From Macrostomum lignano (lineage: Eukaryota), in the NCBI GenBank assembly GCA_002269645.1, contig NIVC01002739.1:1-64000 (forward strand): 64,000 bases of DNA, in the 5' to 3' direction. Of the stretch, positions 37,701-49,637 are shown piece by piece; the first letter of the stretch is position 1; every line of letters begins with the position of its first letter. The notes beneath the pieces are model-generated. The model searched no databases. It worked only from the letters and a program-made list of their open reading frames with translations, and had not been told where the DNA came from. The translations under genes and the position numbers were made by a program.

Positions 37701-39037
37701 TCACTGCAGCCAGCTCTAAGCTGCTGATCGACCGCCAACAGCACAGCTGTGCGCGGATCATCACTGGGTGCCTCCAACTTACTCACATCCGGGACCTGCT
37801 TGCGGTGGCGAACCTGTCGCCTTTCAGCCATCTGGTGCTACAGCGCAGTGCGACACTCAGAGAAAGAATCCTACGTCTCCCGCAGGACACCCCAGCACTT
37901 CAGGTCGCCATAATGGACACCCGACCACGACTGAAGAATCGAGCCTTTGAGAGCCACCAGAGAACACCGAGAGACCCAAAGGACATCGTCACCGTTCTCC
38001 ACGACTACCAGCGAGAACACCGTGGTTGCTGGCGCCGCGTTAGCCAAGAGCTCGACAGACAGGGGTTGCTCAACGGCCCCACCAGGGAGCCCGCTCCGCA
38101 GCCCCAGCCGCCGTGGACGGTCCACGAAGCGATCACCTTCGACCTCAGTTTGGCTACGCAGTGCAGCCGCAGCCAGCCCCAGAGCCTCCGCAGCGATACT
38201 GCACTGAGGTACCTCGAGGAGCGCGGCTCCCACCCGGTCAGCGTTTGGACTGACGGCTCGGCCGCCGGCGGCACATCGGACGGCACCAGCGCAGCGGTGA
38301 TCATCACCCCATGCTGGGGTCGGGTCGTCACCAGCGCTGCAGGGAACATCTGCAGCAGCACCCAGGCGGAACTTCAAGCCATACTGCTTGCCATCCAGAA
38401 TACCAGAGAGCATCAATGTATCGACATCTTTACTGACTCCCAGGCGGCCATTTACAGCATCATGGCGGGCCAGCGCAGCAACAGCAGAATCGTCTCCGAA
38501 ATTTGGAACCAGAGTAACGATCACTCCATCCGCATCACCTGGAAACCGGCTCACTGCGGCATCCCCATGAACGAACGCGCAGATAGGGCGGCTAGATTGG
38601 CGACCGCAGATCAGAGCGACCATGGTGCCCCCATCATGGCAGCCAGCGCTTACCTCTGCCGGAAAAGACGTGATCTAGACCTCGAGCTTTGGGGCCGTAA
38701 GGCGCCATGGCCAAGACTCCCAACCTTGCCGAGGAAACTTGAGGTCCTGGTCAACCAGCTCCGCGCCGGCTGCAGCAACCTTGCCGCCGCCACCAGACTC
38801 CGACTCGGCCTGTCCGACTCCGACGTGTGCCCGGACTGCGGAGCTCGCGACACCGAGCAACACATTCTTTTCGACTGCCCACGAGGGTCTGCGGCCCGCC
38901 CCGGCGAACAAGACGCACTCCTGGTTGACGCGAGCCTCACCATCAACCTTCTTCGCAGGCTGGGGCGCATCTAGCGCCCCCGTCCCTTGCAGCCCAGCTG
39001 ACATCGAGACGTGCGGTGCAGAGAGAGAGAGAGAGAG
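34646..39037 (+). mobile_element. Full-length but mutated non-LTR retrotransposon, Ingi/I-group type (single ORF APE-RT-RNaseH-zinc knuckle), (GA)n tail
   Basis: 12-bp TSD AGTATACTCAGC (34634-34645) / AGTAGACTCAGC (39038-39049). APE motifs: QFNCNG, LQETKL, GGDYNAH, SPDVT, SDHLPI. RT motifs: YRPVALTS, LDFCRAYDRV, GLPQGSVLAP, YADD. RNase H motifs: WTDGS, AELQAI, FTDSQA, WKPAHCG..NERAD. C-terminal CPDC..HILFDC. One frameshift (~35240-35316) and one TGG>TAG stop (36686-36688). Confidence 0.93.
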
Positions 39038-40515
39038 AGTAGACTCAGCCAGCTGACGAGTGGTGACACGGCGATCCTCTTGCAGAGCAGCTTCCACCTT
39101 CTGCACCAACTGTGTTGTTCGCGCTGAACAGGGCCTTCCACTTCGAGGTTCGTCTTGAACACCCTCTTTGCCGTCAAGAACACTTGCCATCCAGTGACGA
39201 ACAGTGTCATATGACGGGCAAGAGTCTGCCATGGCTCGATGCATGATTGCATACGTGTCTCTGTTGGAGACAGCCCAAAAGCAAGGCGTGGAACTTGATG
39301 ATGGTTCGTTTGTCTTCTTTAGAGAAGCTTTTTATGTAAAAGCTTAAAAGCTTTTTATGTAGAAGCTTTTTATGTATTTTATGTAACAGGCACTTTATAT
39401 ACCAGGCAGTGGCCTGGGTTTAGCCGCATTTTGTTACGTAACTTACAAAAATATATATTGGTCAATAAGCAAAGCTTTTCTGACAGCCCTCGTACGGACC
39501 TTCACTTGTAGCCACTGAGAAATTTTCATCGGCCTATCGCCGCGCTGGTGTGCTCCCAGCTGATAAAATTGAACTCCGCTAAAATAGAACGAGTGTCGAC
39601 CATAAGACAGAAAATTTTCGGTATCCATGAAATTCATGAAAATCAGTATTCAGTGATTTCCGTATCCATAATGATTAAATTGAAAGCTTGCAGTACCAAA
39701 ACTGGGCCGCAAAAAGTAAAATAACTGAAGCCGAAAATCCCAAATCCTATGGCCGCTCCTACACATTTTTACCATAAACAGAAGTCTGAAACTAAAATCT
39801 GACTAAAATTATCGCTGGCATGCTTATAAACAGCCTCAGAGCCGCAGACTATATAAAATACGATTGCTTATTTAATCGTTGAAAAATTTTACTATTCTGA
39901 GCCGGGAATGTGTTGTCTATGGTAATTTTGACAAAAACTAGGATACTAAATCATATAATCTCCTCAAAATCAGGAGCAATCGAAGTTCATATGTGATAAA
40001 CGCCGTTTAATTAATCATAGTCTATGGTTAGAATATCCGAGGCTGCATTTTAACCACAGAATGTGAATTAAACGGCGTTTATTATTTACTTAATATATTA
40101 TTAAACCATACAATCCATTTCTAGTTGTAAGCTTTTGTCTATGGTCGGAAAGGTAGGAGCCCGTTTGCCCGATTGCCTGATACAAATTTCTGGATTAAAC
40201 TTAGAGTTACAGATGCACTTGTGCTTGTAAATTGAATTTAATGTAGTTCAATTGAGTATGTATGCATACGAGTAAGTGGTCAGTTTTTGACCATAGCAAC
40301 ACGCAGTTAATATTTTTCTAGTATAATATGCTTAATTAAACCAGAAACACAAGGTTTCGAAAGTTTTGCAGTTTCGAAGTTGAAGTTTATTATATTTGAA
40401 ATTTTCAAAAATTTAACTGTACCTTAACTAATAACAGGTTTTGTCAATCAGACTAAAGTTTTGAAAACTGTAACATTTGCAACACTGTCTGTCGGTCGGG
40501 TTGCTAAGAATTGCG

Positions 40516-41004
<489 letters not shown>

Positions 41005-41614
41005 AGTCTAATTGATTGAATTCAGCAGTGCAGTGCGGACTTGTAGGAGCTGCATATGGGTCTAATGCATCTATCACCACCATTTTATAGGCAGCCGATG
41101 GCTTCCGACCATAGACATCGGTTTTTCATGCAAATACAGTCTGTAAAGTTCTTGTACGTATAGTAAAATCATTTGCCATTGCTTTGTGCCATAGACCATT
41201 CAAGTGTTTTTTGACCTGTTCTGAGCTCGCTAGATTTTCAATCGCTCAAGTTTGCTTCATCGAGAGAGGCGAATTAAGTATTGATGACTACATGTAGTGC
41301 GTCAGTTTAAATTTACAAAGGCAGGCAGAAAGTTCAGAAAGGCAGAATGCCCATGAGGTACTCGCGTGATTCTATGGCTATTACCAGTGTCTGCTCTTGT
41401 CTGACCTTTACTTGTTATTACAAACTGTTATTGTACTATAGAAATCGTGCCGGGTTGTACGATAGACATCGCTGTCGAGTAGTAGGTAGGGGCTTGTTTG
41501 ACTGGAATGAATTTGAATATAGTACTATAGTTTATTTATTGTGAAGCTTGTGAATAGCCAATTTTAAACCTCTTAAGTCTAACGATTGTAAGATAATTAG
41601 CAACACTTTAATTT

Positions 41615-42452
41615 CGGCGGGAAACCCTCCTCCTGCGAAAAACCCTCCTACGGGAAACCCTCCTGCGGGAAACCCTCCTGCGGGAAACCCTCCTCCTGCG
41701 GGAAACCCTCCTGTGGGAAACCCTCCTGCGGGAAACCCTCCTCCTGCGGGAAATCCTCCTGCGGGAAACCCTCCTCCTGCGGGAAACCCTCCTCCTGCGG
41801 GAAACCCTCCTCCTGCGGGAAACCCTCCTCCTGCGGGAAACCCTCCTCCTGCGGGAAACCCTCCTCCTGCGGGAAACCCTCCTCCTGCGGGAAACCCTCC
41901 TCCTGCGGAAAACCCTCCTGCGGGAAACCTAACAGGAGGGAAACCCTCCTCCTGCGGGAAACCCTCCTCCTGCGGGAAACCCTCCTCCTGCGGGAAACCC
42001 TCCTCCTGCGGGAAACCCTCCTCCTGCGGGAAACCCTCCTCCTGCGGGAAACCCTCCTGCGGGAAACCTAACAGGAGGGACACCTCCTCCTGCGGGAAAC
42101 CCTCCTCCTGCGGGAAACCCTCCTCCTGCGGGAAACCCTCCTCCTGCGGGAAACCCTCCTCCTGCGGGAAACCCTCCTCCTGCGGGAAACCCTCCTGCGG
42201 GAAACCTAACAGGAGGGACACCTCCTCCTGCGGGAAACCCTCCTCCTGCGGGAAACCCTCCTCCTGCGGGAAACCCTCCTCCTGCGGGAAACCCTCCTGC
42301 GGGAAACCTAACAGGAGGGAAACCCTCCTCCTGCGGGAAACCCAACAGGAGGGAAACCGAACCCTCTTCCTGCGGGAAACCCTCCTGCGGGAAACCCTCC
42401 TGCGGGAAACCCAACAGGAGGGAAACCCAACCCTCCTCCTGCGGGAAACCCT
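41615..42452. repeat. 15/18-bp minisatellite GCGGGAAACCCTCCT(CCT)
   Basis: Direct. Confidence 0.95.
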
Positions 42453-42589
42453 AAAAAACCAGTTATTTTTAATCAGCTTTGAAGGTCTCTTCAAAGATTA
42501 AACAGCTAGAGGTGCTCCAGGAGACGTTTTAGCCAGCAGTGAACCATGATGGATAAGCTGACAAGATCCTGTCCATACACATGGTGCTC

Positions 42590-42738
42590 CTAACCATTGG
42601 AGCGCTTTTGTGCACAACTGCACAATTGCATCTGATAAACACCTGAATGAAATGTGTCAGAAAACTACTTTGGAATATCGCAAGCGATTAGAGCAACTTA
42701 TCGAGAATAACGGAGGCCATGTTGAAGTGTACAACTGA
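42590..42738 (+). mobile_element. Short Tc1/mariner-superfamily transposase C-terminal remnant
   Basis: Reads ..EYRKRLEQLIENNGGHVEVYN*, resembling the conserved RL..CI...GG..E tail of Tc1/mariner transposases. Confidence 0.45.
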
Positions 42739-42920
42739 GATGGAATTGAACCGATTTAGATAAGACTACAGACTGCAATAAAATCCAATATGCGTACCAT
42801 CTTTGAGTAAAATTTCAATGCTACGAGCGTATTTGGTATTTGGTAGATTACCACTACTAGTGATGGAATCTGATGGATCAGAATTTCATGGAAGAAAGAA
42901 ATAAGAGTTGTATAGCCATA

Positions 42921-43107
42921 TGGGTTGTAGCCTAGTGGGCAGAGCGTCGGACTCACGACTGGAAGGTCGGGAGTTCGATTCTCGACCCACTCGGAACAAC
43001 CCCTCCTTGGACTGAACAGCCGTACGCAGGCAGCCTTCAGATGCGCCGCGCAATAGCTGCGGCTGAGCTGTCGGTTGCACATCTGGTCATTAGAGCAGGT
43101 GTAACGA

Positions 43108-43139
<32 letters not shown>

Positions 43140-43165
43140 TACTACTATTATTATAATCATTATTA
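42921..43165 (+). mobile_element. tRNA-derived SINE-like element with (ATT)n tail
   Basis: A-box TAGCCTAGTGG (42928-42938) and B-box GTTCGATTC (42973-42981) at tRNA spacing; stems degenerate; non-tRNA body; (ATT)n tail at ~43109-43165. No clear TSD. Confidence 0.65.
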
Positions 43166-43649
43166 TGGTGATGACATACTCTTCGCATAGGTGCTAGAAA
43201 ACGGAGAGATTTCTATCTTGTTTTTGCAGCGAAGTCTGCATAGCATCCATTGAAATTCATAAGTTCAAAATCAACAAGATAATGGCATAGAAAACATCAA
43301 AGCTATGCAATGTGAACAATGTGAACCCAATATACAAAATTTGATTATCAATTTAGCCCATACCCTGATATTGTAGTGACCTTGTACTAAACCTTCGCGA
43401 ACCTTCTCACCATGTAGTAAACATTTCAATATAGAAATCTCCGCGATAAATACATGTATAGTTCTAAATATAGTAACTATTTCAAAAACATTCTTTCTTT
43501 CAGAGTGTTCCATCAAAAATCATAAATACGTGCATAAAGCACCCGCAATCAAACGGTTGCAGACCTTTGGCTCATTATTATCTCGTTCTCAATAATATTA
43601 ATAACCAAGAACCACCGCCTTCTGTCTCATTTATTTAAACCGTTACAAT

Positions 43650-44927
43650 ATGAAAGGATATCATTTCGAAATATTCGTCAAAGACCTCATCGACGAAGGT
43701 TTCCTCAGTAATGATATTAGCATATCTGCCTACTTGAATGATCCAGTGTGAGCCAGACTTTGCTTTCCAACTGGCAATGGCTTCTTGGCGGCAGTCCATC
43801 CAATATTGAGTCGCTTTTGTGCGTTGGAATAAAGAGCTTCGCGTGCAAAGCAAGCTACATTTCCTTGTTCCCAGCGGTGGAGGAGGTGAAGATGGCGTTC
43901 AATATTGTGTTTGCAGTCGCCAACCTCCTGACTCTGGCGATCTGGTGCCGTTTCAAGGAGCCGAAGCAGCAGACGCCAACTAGACCAGAGGTTGGCATTC
44001 AATTGCTGCTCCTTCGGTTTTTCAGCGCTTATAGTCTAGCAGCTTGCATCGTGTACATTTTTTTGGTTCATCGCCAGTTACGACCGTCAACTCGGTCGCG
44101 AGTGCCGTGATTATGAGCGTAGCGCGTTGGATCGTCGTGGTCGTGGACACTGCCAAGATATTTATGGCCTTTACCAAAAGGAGCGCCGCATTCAGTCTCT
44201 AATGACTGCCGCCTTTTTAATTGAGTACTCGCATCCGCGACAGAAACTGCTGCTTTTCACTACCAAAAAGAGGGCCCTGGTTTCACTTTTTGTATTGTTC
44301 CTTACTTTGCTGCTGCTGTCGTTTGCGATGTCCACAATTTATGGCTACATTTACTGTCCAAACGAAGATTCACTGCTCAAAATGAAACTAAGAATTTCGC
44401 ATCGGTTACATGAAATTCTCTACGACCGGATGAACATCCTACACGCTGTCCTATTGGTGCTCAGCGTCATTTTGCTCATCGTGTTCGCCTCCAAGCGTTG
44501 CTGCGCGTGCTGCCGCTGTGATGGCAGTTACATGCATAGCGAGTCGCGTGCCAGTGAATCTGTAGCTTATCTGACTCAAATGGAAGATGGTGAGCAGTCT
44601 GAAAGCGAGGCTAACGAATCCGCGGTTGTACTGCAGGCGGGCAATTCTTCAGAACTGCTGGCAAACGAACTGAGGCGACTGATATTCTGGCAACAGGTGG
44701 TGCTGGTGCTTCCTCAATTAGTTTTTATCGTCAAATTACACTCTCTTAGACTAGTTGAGCATAGCTATGGTAAGTTCCAACTTATTGGCTATGGTTCAAT
44801 TGCTGCCGAAGCACTGTTCGTTGCCGCGATGCCAGTCGTGACTCCAATTGTCAGTCCGAGATTTCGCAGAGGTTTGGTTTCTGCTACGAACGAAGTGAAA
44901 AATTATTTGCCTTGTCGTCTGCCATAG
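43650..44927 (+). pseudogene. Intronless 7-TM (rhodopsin-like/chemoreceptor-type) receptor interrupted by frameshifts
   Basis: About seven hydrophobic segments spread across three frames; ends MPVVTPIVSPRFRRGL (NPxxY..FR-like position). Three apparent single-base deletions (~43745, ~44060, ~44200) would restore one ~426-aa ORF; this could be assembly error. Confidence 0.6.
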
Positions 44928-45427
44928 TGGATCGAGTGTCGGCTAATGCTTCGACGGAACTGTGTTAACAATTTGAATTGAACTTTAATAGTTCAATAGT
45001 GATCGATGAACATTAATAATTATTGCAATTATGTGCAACACTGTTAACTATATATTCAGAAAGTTATACCATTACATCTGATCTTTTTTCCTGAAATTGA
45101 ATCTTCATTTTTTCTCTTTTTTTTCCATAAACGATTCTTTGTCTCGTGTTTTATTACGCTCGTATGAGATGAAAAATATGTTTTTTTTATATTCGGCACA
45201 TTACACTGCATGAATTTTAATTTTTAACAGCCTGTTTAAATACAGAGAAAAACAAAAAATACTGATTTTAAATATTGCTAAATTTGGTTGTTTGAGTACT
45301 ATTCAGCTCTTGAGTTTTTTGTGTTAGAGCTAATTAATTACACTGGCGTATTATTGTGATCATGAGTTGGCGATAAGAAGCAATAAAAAGTCACAAGTTG
45401 CAAAGCTCAAGGCAGTAAAAGGTGACA

Positions 45428-45725
45428 TTAAGCTCGGGGGGCGCTAGAATGGCGCTAGTAGACTCGGGGTGCTAATTGGCGCTAGTGGACTCGGGGGCTC
45501 TAGAATGGCGCTGGTGGACTAGAAGGGGCGCTAGAATGGCGCTAGTAGACTCGGGGCGCTAGAATGGCGCTAGTGGACTCGGGGCTCTAGAATGGCGCTA
45601 GTGGACTCGGGGGCTCTAGAATGGCGCTGGTGGACTAGAAGGGGCGCTAGAATGGCGCTAGTAGACTCGGGGGCGCTAGAATGGCGCTAGTGGACTAGAA
45701 GGGGCGCTAGTGGACTCGGGGGCTC
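45428..45725. repeat. Minisatellite with GGCGCTAG(T/A) and GGACTCGGGG subunits
   Basis: Direct; followed by a pyrimidine-rich CTCTCCCCTCTT-type tract at 45762-45895. Confidence 0.9.
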
Positions 45726-45897
45726 CAGAATGTCGTCAGTGGACTTACTAGTGGACCCGATCTATTCTCCCCTCTTCTCTCCCCTATTCTCTCCCCTCTT
45801 CTCTCCCCTCTTCTCTCCCCTCTTCTCTCCCCTCTTCTCTTCCCTCTTCTCTCCCCACCTCTTTTCCCGTCTTCTATCCCCTCCTCTCTCTCTCCCA

Positions 45898-47010
45898 AAG
45901 CATCTGCCTTCGAAGTTGTTCAACTGGGTGCTGTTGTCGCGGTTGTAGCCGGTGCTGGAGATCCGTACCTGTGTCCTGAGCAGAACGGCTTCCGGTCCCA
46001 TCGCGGCACAGTGACGCAGATCCTGGCTCTTCGGCGAGTCATCGAGGAGGTGCGGACACGCCAATCGATCCTGATTGTCATCTTCATAGATTTCAAGAAG
46101 GCATTCAACTCGGTCGTCAGGTCGGTGCTTTCAAAAGTGCTCCGTGCATACAACGTACCAGAGCAGCTGATTTCCGCCATCATGGCGATGCGCCGTGATC
46201 CGAAAGCTGCTGTTGCAACACCGGACGGCCTATCGGACTTCTTTGAGACATCCTCCGGGGTGCTTCAGGGAGATACGCTTACGCTTGCTTGCGTTCGTTC
46301 TGGTGCTTGACTGGGTGCTCCGGATCGCTCTTCCTACCAACGACGACGGTTTTCTGTTGCGGCGACGCTTGGGTCCACGTCAACCGGAGAGACTGTTCAA
46401 CGTACTTGGCTACGCCGACTATCTCGCCCTGCTGTCTTCAACTGTCGAAAGCGCCCAGCGACAACTGGGTAAGCTAGTTGCTGTTGCGGCGAGTGTCGGC
46501 CTGGTGGTCAACACGCAGAAAACCGTCGTGCTCTGCGTGCCGGATGACATCGAGGCTGCGATTTAGTGACGAGGCGCTGATGGACAGGCGACAGAGCTTC
46601 AGCTGTTCTGTGAGGGCTGCCTTTCGTTCTGTGAGGGCTGCCTTTCGTTCTGTGAGGGCAGTTCTGCAGTCCGAGGCCCTACCTGACCGCCAGGGGGCGG
46701 CGTTGTTCCAGGCAGTGATCGAGACCGTCCTGCTGTACAAAACCGAGATCTGGACGCTGGTGGAGTCGCTCGAGCAACAAGTTGACGCGGCGCACGCTGG
46801 CCTGCTGCGTGCCGCCTTCAAGATCGGCTACGAGCGAGTGACCAACGCAGCATTGTATCACCGCACCGGCCTGGCCCATCCAAGCGACCTGTTGCGCCGT
46901 CGGCGACTCCAGCTGGCAGGCCACATCATCCGCGCCGAGACGTACTGCCCACACCGGTGCAGGAGGTGCTACTGCCAACGCTGCAAACACCCTGAGCTGC
47001 TGAGTTAATT
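45898..47010 (+). mobile_element. 5'-truncated, degenerate RTE-like non-LTR retrotransposon RT fragment
   Basis: QILALRRVIEE, IFIDFKKAFNSV, GVLQGDTL, LGYADYLALL, GLVVNTQKT, VLLYKTEIWTL, RRLQLAGHIIR, with frameshifts, stops and an internal deletion. Confidence 0.85.
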
Positions 47011-47229
47011 CAATTGGACCAATTCAACTGTCGGGTCTTTCTTTCAGCGTCCTCCAGAATCTCCAGGCAGCGTTATGACGGACAGTCCGACCCAAAGAAC
47101 TGAAGTTGATGCGAGCGCATAATATTAAGCTATCAATTGACAAATTCTCGTAAAAAATAATCTCAATCATTTCAAGTACAGCTGACCTTGAAATGATTAG
47201 GCGCTGCACCTAAATGTGGTCATAAAAAG

Positions 47230-47868
47230 ATCTATTTAACACTTCGAAGATCCAGGACTTCGGCAGGGGAATTATAGTTCCGATAGAAGTGCTTTTATAG
47301 TTCTCAGTATCCGCTGAAAAAAAGCCACCTAATTCCTTTCTAAAAGTAGTCCTCATTTTTGTGATTACGTTGTATATGCGCATACGATAAGCAAACTTCA
47401 TCAAGGAACAGTTTGCGCTCCAAAAAAATGATGCGCTCACCGAGAAAGTCCTCCCAGATAGGAGAACAGATTTCGCAGCGGGTAGGCGAATGACTCGGTG
47501 AAGAGGCTGGTTTCGACAGATTCGGGGCAGAGGTCCAGCGCCGCTTTCGCATAGTTTTGCAGAATTACCTTAGCCTGTAGCGCGTCTTGCGGCCACGAAT
47601 TCGTGGTTGTGATGACCCTATACTTGATTGCTGCAACGGCGCTGGCAACTGTTTTCTGACCCCAACCCTGTGTCTTCTGGCGTGTCAGCACTCGATGGTA
47701 ACACTGAAGCAGCTCCCTGGTGCCATTAAATGAGGCCCAATTTTCGAGAATGTAGTCTATTGGAGGATGAATATAAAGGATGAATTCCTCCACGATTGTG
47801 TACTCAACCAGGCCGTACTTGTTAGTTCGGCCATACCAAATGTTCATTGACATTAGCAATATCTGAAA
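47230..47868 (-). pseudogene. Possible divergent endonuclease/exonuclease/phosphatase (EEP) family exon or pseudogene
   Basis: After a TTCTTTTCAG acceptor it reads ILLMSMNIWYG..ILYIHPPIDYILE..AIKYRVI..ALQAKVILQN, reminiscent of the EEP N-terminus (MTFNIW..PDIVALQE); a downstream frameshifted NYNSP resembles GDFNSP. Weak similarity only. Confidence 0.35.
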
Positions 47869-49309
47869 AGAATTCGAATGAATTGCCACCCGTGCTATCG
47901 ATGAGTTACAGAAAAGCAGATGAAGATTTATGTTGCATATTCTAGTACTGATGCGGCTTAGTTGTTCTGTTAGCCTATGGGCATGGCACACATCTGTGTC
48001 GTTAAATAAGTCGGTCGGTAATGGCAGACACCCGCAGGTGCGCTTGAACGATCTTGCTGTACTGTATGACTTGAATCAAACAATCCTGATTTGAGCCGAA
48101 GAATTGTTCCGGTTCTTAAAGTTACCGGGCCACGAGAAGTCCATCGTGCAGGTGACATCCGGCAGGTTGTCACTGCATGGTGCGGATTCGCGGTTCACCA
48201 GCTTTGCTACGGTTTCAGTGGTCACCCTGGCTGAGGATGTGGCCGTGCGGAGCCAGGAAGCCGGAGGTGATGTCTGGCCTGTAGCAGCTGTTTTGGTACC
48301 GAAGTGGAGCAGGAAAGTGCAAAGGTAGCGACTGGTTTTCCAGTGTTTGGTTGCCTAAATGCAGTTTCAATTAGGGAGGTCTGAGCGGTTCATTGTTGAC
48401 CATGGGATGCGAGAACGCCAGTACATGCACTACAGAACTTGCTGGACCGCGGTTGGACCTAGTGTCTGCGAATGCGCAATTCCTCAAACCACGGCCCAAC
48501 CGCCTCGTCACCTTTGTGGGTTTGTAATGGAAGGCGGCGAAATGTACCATGGGCGCCTTGGCCGGTATACAAGTTGACCCCGGCAGGCAGGACGGCGGTT
48601 CCAACAGACCCGAGGGTGAAGTCCCTGAAAAAGCGGCAAAGCAGTTCAAAGGGATGCTAGAAATTAAGCTTCCGAGGATTTTTTAGCGGCAAAACCCCCC
48701 AGTGTATATGGGACAACGGCTCAAAATCTTCCTTTAAAGGTCGTTTCCATAGCAAGGTCGTTTTTTGATTTAGTCACCATCGGTCCGACCTAATGTTTTA
48801 TGATGTGGGCCTACTGTGACAGTGTCGTTTGTTAAAGGCATGTATCATATCGTATTCATTATTTCGCACGCATACCGTACTACTTGTAATCATTAATTCA
48901 TTTTTAACAATATTCTATACGTATTAATTTTGCGCTTATGTTATTTTTGTATTTGTATTTATCTATAGTATAGCGTTCTTTCTTCTTAATCTTCTATATT
49001 TCTTCTTCTATTAACTATCTATAGTATCTGTAGTTATTTGTAGCCTCGCATGTATTTATTATATTATTTTTGTATTTCCTGCATATCGTGTTTACTTCCC
49101 GTGAAGTAGTTCCTATTTATGTACATGCATTTACATGCAGTAATTCTAGCACGATATGTTATCTCTACCTATAAAAATCAAAACTCTGTGTGTCTGTGTA
49201 CAAATTACTTCGCTATGGACTCCCAAACCGCTCCACCAATTCACACCAAATTTTGCACCCACCCTATATTCACTACGGAAACTGCTCAAAATGCGCGATT
49301 TTTTCACTA

Positions 49310-49517
49310 AAGATGGAGATAGAAGAGGGGAGAGAAGTGACAGAGGATCGATGAGAGAGGAGAGTAGAGAAGTTTGAGAAGAGATGAGAGATGAGAGAAC
49401 AGAGAGGTAGATGAGAGAGGATCGAGAGGAGAGATTAGAAAGGATAGAGAAGAGAGGAGATAAGAGGGGGAGAGTGGGAGGGAGAGGAGTGAGAAGAGGA
49501 GATAAGAGATAAGAGAT

Positions 49518-49573
<56 letters not shown>

Positions 49574-49600
49574 GAGAGAGAGAGAGAGAGAGAGAGGGGG

Positions 49601-49637
<37 letters not shown>

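Larger units (their letters stand above)
34140..39335 (-). mobile_element. Degenerate mariner transposase split by a LINE insertion (coding parts ~39335-39038 and 34645-34140)
   Basis: N-terminal part: PSYDTVRHW..VQDEPRSGRP..EDRRVTTRQLAEST. It continues seamlessly after the insert as GVSHDKIHKVLTEDLGVRKICAKWVPHIL (WVPHxL motif), then FFDREGII..GQTVNGDYY..LLQDNAAPH. Frameshifted and lacking the YSPDL region; no TIRs found. Confidence 0.88.

Noticed and set aside
34795-38970. Numerous antisense and alternative-frame ORFs over the LINE
   Set aside because: Expected shadows of GC-rich coding sequence.
41532-42501. Collagen/elastin-like GFPAGG or GNPPPA repeat proteins
   Set aside because: Mixed 15/18-bp units read on both strands; no signal peptide, splice sites or unique flanks.
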